NCBI GenBank assembly: GCA_017650325.1
Contig: JAGCFC010000166.1
Coordinates: 1,131-65,130, forward strand
DNA from: Salinivirgaceae bacterium
GTDB taxonomy: Bacteria; Bacteroidota; Bacteroidia; Bacteroidales; SZUA-534
Length of the DNA: 64,000 bases
Direction of reading: 5' to 3'
The notes below the pieces were generated by a model. The model ran no database searches and had not been told where the DNA came from. It was given only the letters and a program-made list of their open reading frames with translations. Each line of letters begins with the position of its first letter. Position 1 is the first letter of the stretch. A program made the translations under genes and the position numbers. This document shows, piece by piece, positions 1 through 9,002 of this stretch.

Positions 1-1940
1 AACGCCGATGTTCCCTGAATGCCTTCCGATGTGGCGAGCAGTTTCAGCAGATGGGTAAGGCGGTTGTTGTCGGGATTTTCAAATGAAAGGTCGATTAGAA
101 AACGGCCGAAGCCTTTGCCGCGCAATTTGTTGGCATACTGTGTGATGCAGACTGGTTGATTTGGCGTGATAACTGTCAGACCATTCACGCGGTGGCGGGT
201 ATAGCGGTTTTTGCGCTCGTCGGCAAAAAGGTTGGCAGTCATTTTCACTGGCATTCGTGAGACGAACAGCCGCGGACGGAAATAGACTGGCACAACAATG
301 TTGCGGCATACACCGGTAAGCAGATTTTCGTATTCGTTCTCGACTGGGCTGACAAACCATTCCGCGCCTTGCTGTACGAGCCATACGGCCGCAGCGTCGT
401 TATAGGCGTAAACCAACTCGTTGGTAGCGAAGCGGCTTTGCGGTGGCAATAGTTCCGATTGTGACAAATGGCTCAAGACGAATCTGTTAAAGCCCTTTTT
501 TGCGAAAGCGTCGCAGAATTTGCGTATCTGACCAATTTTTGTCTCGCTTACAAACTGCGGCAGTTCAATCCATATTTTTTGTTGCAACCGCTTGTCTTGA
601 ATATTGGCATTCAACAAGTTCTGCCACTGAAGCGTTGGCAGCGAAACAATTACAATGTCGGCTTTCATCAATGATTGGCACTGCAGCCAATCCAAATTGT
701 CGATGCGGACGATTGTTGCTGGTTTTGCATTGATGCTCAACTGCTTGCGTAAACGTTGTGTAATATCTTTTTTCAGCGCAAGTGGCATTCGTGGTGCGCG
801 GGAAGCCGTTATTGGCAATTCAGTACCAAACTTCTGGCTGCGATAGGCGGTCAGATAGATGTCGGTTCCGGCAGTGGCAGTACCGCGGAAACCTTTGGCA
901 GTGCAAAGACCATCAACAACGCGAAAATTGTCGAGCACAAAAGCGTTTTGGTCAGTGTCGGCATCAGTGCGCACGCGCAGGCGGTTGCCCTTTGCCAACT
1001 CAATATTGGTGGTGAAAATAATTGTACCGTCGTGACAATCAGTAACCTTTCCAATCAAAAGACCGGTGTTCGGGTTGTCGGCAATCGATTCGGCTATGCT
1101 GCGGCCCATAAACCATTGTGTTTTTGGTCGGCTTAAATCGTCAACCGAATCGCTAATCATTTCGCCGTCAAGCACTTTGCGGTAGGCTTGCGCCACTGTA
1201 TAGACATACTCGCCCGACTTGAGCCGCCCTTCCACCTTCAGCGACGAAACGCCCATTTGAGCAAGGTCTTTAATCTTGTCAATCAGCTGGTTATCCTTCA
1301 TGCTGAAGAAGGTGCGTTTTTGTCCTTGGCAATTGTAGAACCGGCGGCAGGGTTGAGTGCAAAGTCCGCGGTTGGCACCTGCGCCGCCCAAATAACTACT
1401 GAATTGGCAAAATCCTGATATTGAATAGCATAACGCACCGTGCACAAACACTTCGGTCTCTATTTTGGTGTGTTGCTGAAGCAGTTTCAATTCGTTGAAC
1501 GTTAGTTCGCGGGCAAGCACAACTCGCTTGAATCCAATGCGTTGGCAGTGGTTTGCACCAACAGAGTTATGGTTGGCCATTTGCGTGCTTGCGTGCGCCA
1601 CAAGTTTCGGAAAATATCGCTGCATAAGGCTGAACACACCCCAATCTTGAATAATTACACCTGCAATTGGCTGTTCCGACAAGAATTGTAGCGTATCGAG
1701 CACATCTGCCAACTCGCTGTTTTTCACAACAATATTCAGCGTAACGTAAACTTTTACGTGGTGTTTGGCGGCCAATTTACATATGGCGGCAAGTTGTGAT
1801 TCGGTGAAATTGGCGGCGCGCCCACGTGCATTGAACCCCTTAAGTCCCAAATAGATGGCATCGGCACCGCCTTCAATCGCGGCGTATAGGCTCTCGATGT
1901 TGCCAACTGGCAGAAGCAGTTCGGGTTTGGTGGCGGGCAT
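1..1940 (-). CDS. Peptidase U32 family protein, long RlhA/YdcP-like form; C-terminus lies beyond the left edge
   Basis: Absent from the ORF track because it has no stop inside the window. Hand translation of the minus strand from ATG 1940-1938 gives MPATKPELLLPVGNIESLYAAIEGGADAIYLGLKGFNARGRAANF..HHVKVYVTLNIVVKN..GVIIQDWGV..VFVHGALCYSISGFCQFSSYLGGAGANRGLCTQPCRR..LKVEGRLKS, a U32 (PrtC/YhbU/RlhA-type) signature. I checked codon by codon that the frame is still open across nt 1-460. Confidence 0.8.
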   Translation of the reverse strand, partial: MPATKPELLLPVGNIESLYAAIEGGADAIYLGLKGFNARGRAANFTESQLAAICKLAAKHHVKVYVTLNIVVKNSELADVLDTLQFLSEQPIAGVIIQDWGVFSLMQRYFPKLVAHASTQMANHNSVGANHCQRIGFKRVVLARELTFNELKLLQQHTKIETEVFVHGALCYSISGFCQFSSYLGGAGANRGLCTQPCRRFYNCQGQKRTFFSMKDNQLIDKIKDLAQMGVSSLKVEGRLKSGEYVYTVAQAYRKVLDGEMISDSVDDLSRPKTQWFMGRSIAESIADNPNTGLLIGKVTDCHDGTIIFTTNIELAKGNRLRVRTDADTDQNAFVLDNFRVVDGLCTAKGFRGTATAGTDIYLTAYRSQKFGTELPITASRAPRMPLALKKDITQRLRKQLSINAKPATIVRIDNLDWLQCQSLMKADIVIVSLPTLQWQNLLNANIQDKRLQQKIWIELPQFVSETKIGQIRKFCDAFAKKGFNRFVLSHLSQSELLPPQSRFATNELVYAYNDAAAVWLVQQGAEWFVSPVENEYENLLTGVCRNIVVPVYFRPRLFVSRMPVKMTANLFADERKNRYTRHRVNGLTVITPNQPVCITQYANKLRGKGFGRFLIDLSFENPDNNRLTHLLKLLATSEGIQGTSA

Positions 1941-3007
1941 CACTCGTTTCTTGCGTTTGTGTAGGTTCGCCAACGGTCAATCAAGGTGGCGAAGTTTTCG
2001 GGCAGTTCAGAATTGAACATCATCCGCTCGCCGGTTACAGGGTGGTCGAAGCCCAATTCCTTTGCATGCAGCGCCTGACCGGGCAGCAGAGTGAAGCAGT
2101 TTTCGACAAATTGGCTGTATTTGGCAAACGATGTGCCTTTCAGAACTTCGCATCCGCCGTATTCAGGGTCGTTGAAAAGCGGATGTCCGATGAATTTCAT
2201 GTGGATGCGGATTTGGTGCGTGCGACCGGTCTCAAGTCGACATTCAATCAGCGTGACGTAGCCAAAACGCTCAAGCACGCGGTAGTGCGTCACTGCGGGT
2301 TTTCCCATCGGAACGTTTTGCGGGAAAACATCCATAATCTGGCGGTTGCGCACGTTGCGGCCTATTTTTCCGACAATGGTGCCTTCGTTGTCGCGAAGGT
2401 CGCCCCACACCAATGCCACATAGCGCCGGTGCGATGTATGATAGAAGAACTGTCTGGAAATGTGTTCTTTAGCTTGTTCGGTTTTTGCCACCACAAGTAA
2501 TCCTGATGTGTTCTTGTCGATTCGGTGGACAAGTCCTGGACGGGCATCGTTGCCGTTGAAAATGGGTAAATCGCTGTAGCGGTAGGCCAATGCGTTGATG
2601 AGCGTGCCGGTGTAGTGTCCGTAACTCGGATGCACAACCATTCCCGCTGGTTTGTTCACAACCACAAGGCTATCGTCTTCATACACAACTTCTATCGGAA
2701 TGTTTTCAGGAACAATCATTATCTCGCGCGGCGGATAGGAGAGCATCACCCGAATCACATCGCCCGGCTTAACGCGATAGTTTGGCCGCACCGACGAACC
2801 GTTCACAATGATGAAACCCGCTTCGGCGGCAGCTTGAATCTTGGTGCGCGACGCGTTTTCAATCTTCATTTGCAAGAATCTGTCGATGCGCAACATCCCT
2901 TGTCCGCGGTCCACATCAAAGCGGTAATGCTCAAACAGGTTCTGATTGTCGCTGTTCTCTTGCAGTTCTTCGAAGTCTTCGGTTTCGTCAAAATTCTCGT
3001 CGGTCAT
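1940..3007 (-). CDS. rluD: 23S rRNA pseudouridine synthase, RluA family (RluD-like)
   Basis: S4-like domain (RIDRFLQMKIENASRTKIQAAAEAGFIIVNG) plus catalytic motif HRIDKNTSGLLVVAKT and GRTHQIRIHM. Track ORF 1940..3109 trimmed to the ATG at 3007 (MTDENF..) because the longer form overlaps the upstream gene. Its TGA overlaps the U32 ATG (TGATG). Confidence 0.9.
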   Translation of the reverse strand: MTDENFDETEDFEELQENSDNQNLFEHYRFDVDRGQGMLRIDRFLQMKIENASRTKIQAAAEAGFIIVNGSSVRPNYRVKPGDVIRVMLSYPPREIMIVPENIPIEVVYEDDSLVVVNKPAGMVVHPSYGHYTGTLINALAYRYSDLPIFNGNDARPGLVHRIDKNTSGLLVVAKTEQAKEHISRQFFYHTSHRRYVALVWGDLRDNEGTIVGKIGRNVRNRQIMDVFPQNVPMGKPAVTHYRVLERFGYVTLIECRLETGRTHQIRIHMKFIGHPLFNDPEYGGCEVLKGTSFAKYSQFVENCFTLLPGQALHAKELGFDHPVTGERMMFNSELPENFATLIDRWRTYTNARNE

Positions 3008-3012
3008 TTCGG

Positions 3013-4848
3013 CTATTTTTTGATGAATTTCAAGGCTGTTGAGCCACCATTGCGATTGATATATACGATATATATTCCTGATTGCAAGTTTGATACGTTT
3101 ATCCGACACTCTTGCGAACTCATAATGGGTTGTCCCATTAAGTTGCAGATGGTCATTAGGCAGTTTTCACCATTCAAGCCATTGATTGTGAGCCAATCGC
3201 TAGCCGGATTCGGATAAACCGACAGTTGGTTTTCTGCATTTTCAGTTTCGGAAATATCGGTGCTCATTGAGCCGAATATCGGACGTAGCATAAGCGAGCC
3301 GGTGAAACTTGTCGGTAGCCATTCGCCGCTTGTGTTGTAGAATATCTTGCTCTGACTGAATCGGTTAACGTCCCAACCAACGTTGAGACGCAGTTTCGAC
3401 GATTGCTGCCAACCCACAAAAATGCCCTTATCGACTTGCAGCGGCTCGCTGAACTCAAAATTCATGAATTGATTCAAGCCGTCGCCGAAATTGGGGCGCA
3501 CAACTTCATCGCAGCGCAACTGGCGGCCAGGTTTGCCGTTGTTGTTTTCCCACGCGCAGATGCTGAACGCATCAGCGGCACTCTCTATCGGGTTTGTTGG
3601 AAGAAAACAGATGCTCAAACCAACAAGTTCGTCGGCCTTGTATGGCGTGTAGAGATAAGCCACTTGCGACGATGCCGCATCCACACCATATGCGTTCTCG
3701 GCTGTGCCGTCATCGTAAGCGTAATAGTTGCCGAAATGCTGATATGTGTAACTGCGATTGTTGCCGGCAATCAATTCATCCTTATCGGTATAAAGTTCAC
3801 ATTCAAATAGATATGTAGCGCTTGTGCGGCCGTCGTGCACAATCGGATTGTCGTCGTAGGCAAACATCCGCTTGTTGTTCTCAAGACCGTCGTAGTTGCC
3901 AGTTCCCATTGTAATTGAGTCTTTTAGATAGACATCGTTATCAACGTCCTTGATGCGGATTCGCACTTCGGCCTTCATTGTGCGGTCCCAATGGTTGCGC
4001 ACGTGAATGTTGAGTCGTGTGTTTTCGGTGTTGATGGCTGACTCGTAGTGTGACCACGGTATCGATGTGAAATTCTTCAAGATAGTGGCTGCCGGTTCCA
4101 CCAGAGCAATGTCGTAAAAGACAGTGTCGTCGGCTGAACGGCCATCATTCAGATATACAAAATCGATGTTCCAATGGTCGCAGTTGATGGTTGCCGACGG
4201 ATTGAAACTTCCCGCCAGGCTCGCATAGTTGAAGAAACGGAACTGGAACTTGTCGGTGAAATATTCCGATTTAGAGATTGGCAGCATCACGAGTGCAAAT
4301 TCCAGAGTGTCAGGCCGGTTTGGCTGAAGATGCAGCACGTTGCTGCGGAAGGTGGCCAAATCGCTTCCTGCCATTGCCCAAAGATTGGTCCACACGCCGT
4401 CGCCCGACGTTATTTGCAAAATAAGCGAGTCGCACACTTCAGGCGCGTTGCCGTTACCTTGCGGCTGATAGTAGAAACTCAGGTATGTCGAAGTGCTGTC
4501 GGCTTTCGAAAGATCGATAGGCTGCGATGTGAGACAGTCGGCCATATAAGGCAGGCTCGATGCTTGCGGGTAGTGCCGTCCGTCGGAATCAATGGCGTCG
4601 AACGTGGCCACGCCCACCGAATACGGATTGATACCGAAAGTGTTGTTAACCCATACACCACGGTCGGTCCAGAGTTGCTGGTCAGGGCTATGGCGGTCGC
4701 CGCTGAAATCATCAATGAACGGCAGTTGCACAGTCGACGAGACGGCCTGCAGCCTGACAGTTTGCTGGCGTGCGGGCGCAAGCGACTCTTGAGCCAACAA
4801 TGGCATTGCACTCAAAATGAGTGCGGCTATTGCAATGATTCTATTCAT
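3013..4848 (-). CDS. Secreted protein with T9SS-type C-terminal sorting domain, function unknown
   Basis: Signal peptide MNRIIAIAALILSAMPLLAQ. The last ~75 aa (LSVYPNPASDWLTINGL..SGIYIVYINRNGGSTALKFIKK) resemble a T9SS type-A sorting tail. I cannot name a motif in the body. Confidence 0.7.
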   Translation of the reverse strand: MNRIIAIAALILSAMPLLAQESLAPARQQTVRLQAVSSTVQLPFIDDFSGDRHSPDQQLWTDRGVWVNNTFGINPYSVGVATFDAIDSDGRHYPQASSLPYMADCLTSQPIDLSKADSTSTYLSFYYQPQGNGNAPEVCDSLILQITSGDGVWTNLWAMAGSDLATFRSNVLHLQPNRPDTLEFALVMLPISKSEYFTDKFQFRFFNYASLAGSFNPSATINCDHWNIDFVYLNDGRSADDTVFYDIALVEPAATILKNFTSIPWSHYESAINTENTRLNIHVRNHWDRTMKAEVRIRIKDVDNDVYLKDSITMGTGNYDGLENNKRMFAYDDNPIVHDGRTSATYLFECELYTDKDELIAGNNRSYTYQHFGNYYAYDDGTAENAYGVDAASSQVAYLYTPYKADELVGLSICFLPTNPIESAADAFSICAWENNNGKPGRQLRCDEVVRPNFGDGLNQFMNFEFSEPLQVDKGIFVGWQQSSKLRLNVGWDVNRFSQSKIFYNTSGEWLPTSFTGSLMLRPIFGSMSTDISETENAENQLSVYPNPASDWLTINGLNGENCLMTICNLMGQPIMSSQECRINVSNLQSGIYIVYINRNGGSTALKFIKK

Positions 4849-5668
4849 TCAGATTGATTGATTCATCAATTTCGGTTTCGGTTCGCGAGTCGGCTCTGAG
4901 CCAGATGTCAACCCGTCCGCCCAACGTTGCGCGCGCACCTGATCCGAAATAGGCAGGTTCCTGACGATAGACGCGGGCGTTCATTGAGTCAGTTGCTGTG
5001 GCGGCATCTTCAATCACCACCTTGCCTACGTTCAGGTAGGCGTTGTTCAGCTCGTTGACGGCCTCAAATTGAGTCAGTCCCTTCAGGTCGGGCAGAGGTG
5101 TGGCGTTGTTGCCGTGGCCGTCGCCCAGCACAAGGTCTATGCTCGAACCCTTGTCGATGAGTGCTCCTTCTGCAATTTCCTGTCCTTCAAACATTTGTTT
5201 CAGAATATTGTTCTTTGCGAAATCGGGTTTGTAAACCAACTGTCCTACTCGCAGGCCATGCATCTCAAGTGTGGCTTTGCCCTGACGGTATGATAGTCCG
5301 GTCACTTTCGGCACCGTAACCTTTGCTCTGTTAAACGCATTGGTTGTGATGAAAATTGTGCGATTCTTTTTGACATGTGTTCCTGGACGTGGGTTTTGGT
5401 CGACAATGCAGCCTTTAGGCATATAGTCGATAAACGTTGAGTCGATAATTGTCAACTGCAAATTCTCGTGTGCGGCAATTTGCTGTGCGCGACTGATTTT
5501 CAAGCCCTTAAAATCGGGTACCGAAATTGTATGCCCATGGTGGGTATAGACTCGCAGAAAAATTGCAAGTGCAATAAACACAACCAGATAGAATCCGGCA
5601 AACTTGCCAACACGGATAAGATTGCGTTTCCAAAACGCGCCATCTTTCAGTTTTTCTATTAATTCCAT
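4841..5668 (-). CDS. PASTA domain-containing membrane protein
   Basis: N-terminal TM segment (FAGFYLVVFIALAIFL) followed by three PASTA-like repeats (VPDFKGLKISRAQQIAAHENLQL.., VPKVTGLSYRQGKATLEMHGLRVG.., LPDLKGLTQFEAVNELNNAYLNVG..). Track start 5758 trimmed to ATG 5668 (MELIEKLK..). The 3' end overlaps the next gene start by 8 nt. Confidence 0.8.
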   Translation of the reverse strand: MELIEKLKDGAFWKRNLIRVGKFAGFYLVVFIALAIFLRVYTHHGHTISVPDFKGLKISRAQQIAAHENLQLTIIDSTFIDYMPKGCIVDQNPRPGTHVKKNRTIFITTNAFNRAKVTVPKVTGLSYRQGKATLEMHGLRVGQLVYKPDFAKNNILKQMFEGQEIAEGALIDKGSSIDLVLGDGHGNNATPLPDLKGLTQFEAVNELNNAYLNVGKVVIEDAATATDSMNARVYRQEPAYFGSGARATLGGRVDIWLRADSRTETEIDESINLNE

Positions 5669-5685
5669 AGTCTTTGTTTGTTTTG

Positions 5686-5693
5686 CAAAGGTA
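5686..5693 (-). promoter_or_regulatory. Candidate Bacteroidetes -7 promoter box (TACCTTTG on minus strand)
   Basis: Matches TAnnTTTG, 17 nt upstream of the PASTA gene ATG at 5668. Confidence 0.45.
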
Positions 5694-5744
5694 AAATAAA
5701 TTATTGCGTCGCAGCGAAACAAAAAGAGGTTCTGCAATCTATAA

Positions 5745-5779
5745 CCCAAAAAAGGCACAACGTCTTGACATTGTGCCTT
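5745..5779 (-). terminator. Rho-independent terminator after the Ser/Thr-rich lipoprotein gene
   Basis: Stem AAGGCACAA / TTGTGCCTT (5752-5760 / 5771-5779) with a 10-nt loop, followed on the minus strand by a T-run (plus-strand A-run 5748-5753). Confidence 0.6.
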
Positions 5780-5803
5780 TTCTCATTGTCAGTTTGCGTT
5801 TTG

Positions 5804-6031
5804 CTATTTGCTGCCAGCGCTTTTCTTCGGTTTGGCTGTTGTGCCGGTCGAAGTTGCTTGCCCTGCCGATTTAGTTGGCGTTGTTGTTGTAGAGCTTGAT
5901 GAACTCGTTTTTGTAACCGAAGAACTGTTGCTGCTTTTGTGAGTGCTTGAGCTTGTCGTTGTCATGCACGAGGTCAGCATTGCAACTGTTGCAAATACTG
6001 CCAAAACTGAGGTTATCCGTTTTAGTTTCAT
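5804..6031 (-). CDS. Small Ser/Thr-rich lipoprotein
   Basis: Signal peptide with lipobox (AMLTSC). 32 of the 53 residues after the Cys are Ser or Thr by my count (TTTSSSTHKSSNSSSVTKTSSSSSTTTTPTK..). Lies 13 nt downstream of the C1 peptidase gene and is followed by a terminator. Confidence 0.5.
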   Translation of the reverse strand: MKLKRITSVLAVFATVAMLTSCMTTTSSSTHKSSNSSSVTKTSSSSSTTTTPTKSAGQATSTGTTAKPKKSAGSK

Positions 6032-6044
6032 AGCTTTAATTTTT

Positions 6045-7844
6045 TTATTTTATTGATTTAGGTGAGTAACTCTTTTTCGTTTTTGCAAGAACCACTTTGG
6101 CCTGATCGCTGTTTTGCCATGCCTTCATTTTCTTGGCAAGTCTGCCCGTGCGGCGCTCCACGTTAAGAAGTGCCGAAATTTCTTCGGTGGTGTAAGTGTT
6201 TGACGCTTCTTCATTTATAGCCGTCTGCATTGGTGAAGGATCGTTTTTGCGAACACTTCTAAATCGCGATGCAAGTGTTTTGTTATTGTCGATCAGGCTT
6301 TTTATCACACCATTTTCGATTTTAAGCGGGCCTCCGTCGGCAGTTGTCAGGTAGTAGTAGTTGTTGTCCTCGTTCGATTCCGACACACCGCTGAATGCGT
6401 CAGCAATCAGTACGAGGTAGTATGAACCAGACACGTTCGGCATTTTATATGACCATTCAAACGGCTCGTTGTTGCCATAAACAGCGTGCGAAACACTCTC
6501 GCCACCATTCACACTGACGTTGCTCCAGCAGTAGCCCTGCGCCGATACGCCAAGCACTTTCGATGCAGTTGCCGGGTCCCAGTCAAAGTTGTAGTTCCAT
6601 GACTTGCCGTTCTCATCGACAAACTTACCGTACTCATCAGTGTATAAATCAACAAGAAGCACCTGGTAGTTGTTGGCATTGTAGGCATCGTAAAGCACGT
6701 AGCAGATAGCCCACGGTTTGTCGGGTTTCAAAGTCGATTCGCCTGCATTGTATACATTGTAGATTGACGTGCGCCAGGTCGGGTCGTTCGAGTCGGGGTC
6801 ATCTTTTTCGTCATAATCCAAATCGGCCAGGGTTGCGGGCACAAGGTCATAGCCCGACGATGTGTTCTGTACTGTGTTCGACGAGCCGACAACAATCTCC
6901 TCATCGTTGCCGTAGGCCACAAATCCGGTATAGGCGAATTTGCCGCCACAGAAGAATTTATAATCGATCCAGATGCATCCGTTGTCGCCCCAGTCGCTAC
7001 CCCATGAGTTCACAACGCGGAAGGCTCCGTTTGCGCCCTTGTTGTCGTCGTAGCCCGAGCACACAAGAGCATGGTAGCCGTGCTGGCCTGTCGATTTGAA
7101 CGATGTTTGGTTTGTGAGCACAGAGTTGTCGTTTGCATACATGAACTCGTCGCCCAGTTTGGCACCGAAAACCACAAGACGGCCGTTACTTAAGTAGCGT
7201 TTGATGGTATTCACATTGGTGATATCAATTTCGCGGTAAGCCTTTATCTTATAGCCCGATGCAGCGCTGTTGGCCGATGCCGACGGCGAGCATGCGCAGT
7301 CGAGTTGCGAGTATGGAACAGCCGATTCGGTAGCCACGCCGCGTTTCTGCATAACGTCGAAAGCGTAGCGGAAATTGGTTCCACCGCAGCCCGTGCCTTT
7401 GTATTTGCTGTCGATAGCCATAAACACGTCGGCTGCCGAGAATGTGTTTGAACTGTTCAATTGTGATGTTGTCAGACCTTTTGATTTTGCATAGAGCCAT
7501 GTGCGGCAGTTGTAGGCTGTGGCCCAGGCCACGCAGGTCCCGTATTGACCTTGGTCGCCAATGCGTGGCAGATTGGCCGAAAGGTCAACCTTCGATGGCA
7601 TTTCTGACTTGAGGTCATTGTCAACATCGTTCAGGTCAATATCGTCTTCAATGGTCTCGGGGTCCTCGTAGTTGAAAAGCCAGCCGAGCCATGTACCTCC
7701 GTTGGTTTTGAGGGTTGTTCCGTCTTCCGACAGCAGAGCGTTCAGAAATTCGTTCAGCGATTCTTCGTCACACGACACAAGCGATACGCCGGCTGTCAGC
7801 AGCGACAATGATAGTGCTACGGTGATGATTTTCTTCATTTTCAT
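6045..7844 (-). CDS. Papain-family (C1) cysteine peptidase lipoprotein with C-terminal extension
   Basis: Lipoprotein signal (..GVSLVSC). Catalytic-type motifs QGQYGTCVAWAT (Cys), GYHALVCSGYDD (His) and VVNSWGSDWGDNGCIWI (Asn/Trp). The C-terminal half contains SESNEDNNYYYL, which resembles a CARDB-type motif. Confidence 0.85.
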   Translation of the reverse strand: MKMKKIITVALSLSLLTAGVSLVSCDEESLNEFLNALLSEDGTTLKTNGGTWLGWLFNYEDPETIEDDIDLNDVDNDLKSEMPSKVDLSANLPRIGDQGQYGTCVAWATAYNCRTWLYAKSKGLTTSQLNSSNTFSAADVFMAIDSKYKGTGCGGTNFRYAFDVMQKRGVATESAVPYSQLDCACSPSASANSAASGYKIKAYREIDITNVNTIKRYLSNGRLVVFGAKLGDEFMYANDNSVLTNQTSFKSTGQHGYHALVCSGYDDNKGANGAFRVVNSWGSDWGDNGCIWIDYKFFCGGKFAYTGFVAYGNDEEIVVGSSNTVQNTSSGYDLVPATLADLDYDEKDDPDSNDPTWRTSIYNVYNAGESTLKPDKPWAICYVLYDAYNANNYQVLLVDLYTDEYGKFVDENGKSWNYNFDWDPATASKVLGVSAQGYCWSNVSVNGGESVSHAVYGNNEPFEWSYKMPNVSGSYYLVLIADAFSGVSESNEDNNYYYLTTADGGPLKIENGVIKSLIDNNKTLASRFRSVRKNDPSPMQTAINEEASNTYTTEEISALLNVERRTGRLAKKMKAWQNSDQAKVVLAKTKKSYSPKSIK

Positions 7845-8794
7845 TCAAAATTTAAGTTAATAGGTTCCATGCCTTTGTTTCCCGAAAGGTCGGCATCGTC
7901 ATGGTTGATAGTTGCGCCGCTGGTTTTGGGCTCAGTGGCGAAAATATTGTCTACAATTTCAATGTGTTTTTCGAATTTCGCATTTGACAGGTTCAGCCCG
8001 CCCAGGAATTTATTTCCGTTGAAACTTGCCGAATTGGCGAATTTGCATTTGGCCATTTTCAGCAGTCCTAAGAATGTCGAATTCTGGAAGTTGACACGTC
8101 CGCCAAACTGAGTGTTGGTGAAGTCGCAAAGTGCGTCAATACGCGTGTTCGAAAAATCGGTGTAACCGCCGATAACAGCATCGGTGAATGTTGCAATGTC
8201 GCCGATGTGGCAGTATTGGAAGTTCACGGCTTCCTTAAAATTCGCTTTCGCGAACGATGTCCGTCTGCTGAGCGATGCGCTCACAAAAAGGGCGTCGCCG
8301 TTAAAGCCTGTTCCCGTAAATGACGAGCCTGCTGTTGAGTTGATGCCGCTGAAGTTGGCCTCACCGTCAACCTTGCAGTCGTAGAAATCGAACCGTCCGC
8401 CGAATTCGGTCTGTTGAAAATCAACGCCTTTGGCAAAAGAGCAGTTGCGGAAAGTCACATTCCGCGAGAAAACGCAGTAAACATTCTGCACACCCTTTCT
8501 CCGCAGATCAAAAGTCGCAACGCTGTCAGCAAACTCGCAGTTGACAAAAACCAACTCGCAGTTGATGTAGACTGGTGCCGTTTCAAGCGCCAGAGCGCCA
8601 GAGCCTGCTTCGGTAAAGTTTAGATTTCCTTCAACGCGCTTGTCATGAATGATGAGCACCGGCTTGTCTTTCATTTTCTTAATAATGTCGGCAGATTTCA
8701 TTGTATTCGAATTGTCGCCCGCTGCAGCCTTGTGGCAACATATCATGCCTGATGAGCATATCAGCGTGAGAATGGCAAGTACTATTTTCCGCAT
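7841..8794 (-). CDS. Exported pentapeptide-repeat protein
   Basis: N-terminal signal or lipoprotein-like sequence (MRKIVLAILTLICSSGMICC), then a long run with 5-residue periodicity (ANFSGINSTAGSSFTGTGFNGDALFVSASL..TDFSNTRIDALCDFTNTQFGGRVNFQNSTF..ASFNGNKFLGGLNLSNAKF). Its stop overlaps the C1 peptidase start (ATGA). Confidence 0.7.
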   Translation of the reverse strand: MRKIVLAILTLICSSGMICCHKAAAGDNSNTMKSADIIKKMKDKPVLIIHDKRVEGNLNFTEAGSGALALETAPVYINCELVFVNCEFADSVATFDLRRKGVQNVYCVFSRNVTFRNCSFAKGVDFQQTEFGGRFDFYDCKVDGEANFSGINSTAGSSFTGTGFNGDALFVSASLSRRTSFAKANFKEAVNFQYCHIGDIATFTDAVIGGYTDFSNTRIDALCDFTNTQFGGRVNFQNSTFLGLLKMAKCKFANSASFNGNKFLGGLNLSNAKFEKHIEIVDNIFATEPKTSGATINHDDADLSGNKGMEPINLNFE

Positions 8795-8814
8795 AAAAAT
8801 CGCTGTTTAATATG

Positions 8815-8822
8815 CAAATGTA
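8815..8822 (-). promoter_or_regulatory. Candidate -7 promoter box (TACATTTG on minus strand)
   Basis: TAnnTTTG match 20 nt upstream of ATG 8794. Confidence 0.45.
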
Positions 8823-8967
8823 GTTTTTTTCGTGTTAGATATGCGTTCAATCGTAAAAATTGATTGAAGGAAGGAGGGGCGTTGGCTGTGTGATGATCAT
8901 CGGTTACCAGCTATTTTTAAATAAATTGTGGCTGTCGAAAAAAAGTTTGTAATCTTAAATATCTTGT

Positions 8968-8975
8968 TATATTTG
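8968..8975 (+). promoter_or_regulatory. Candidate -7 promoter box (TATATTTG)
   Basis: TAnnTTTG match 27 nt upstream of ATG 9003. A TTTG at 8946-8949 could serve as the -33 element. Confidence 0.5.
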
Positions 8976-9002
8976 CGACGCTTTTAGCGCAAAATAATTG
9001 AA

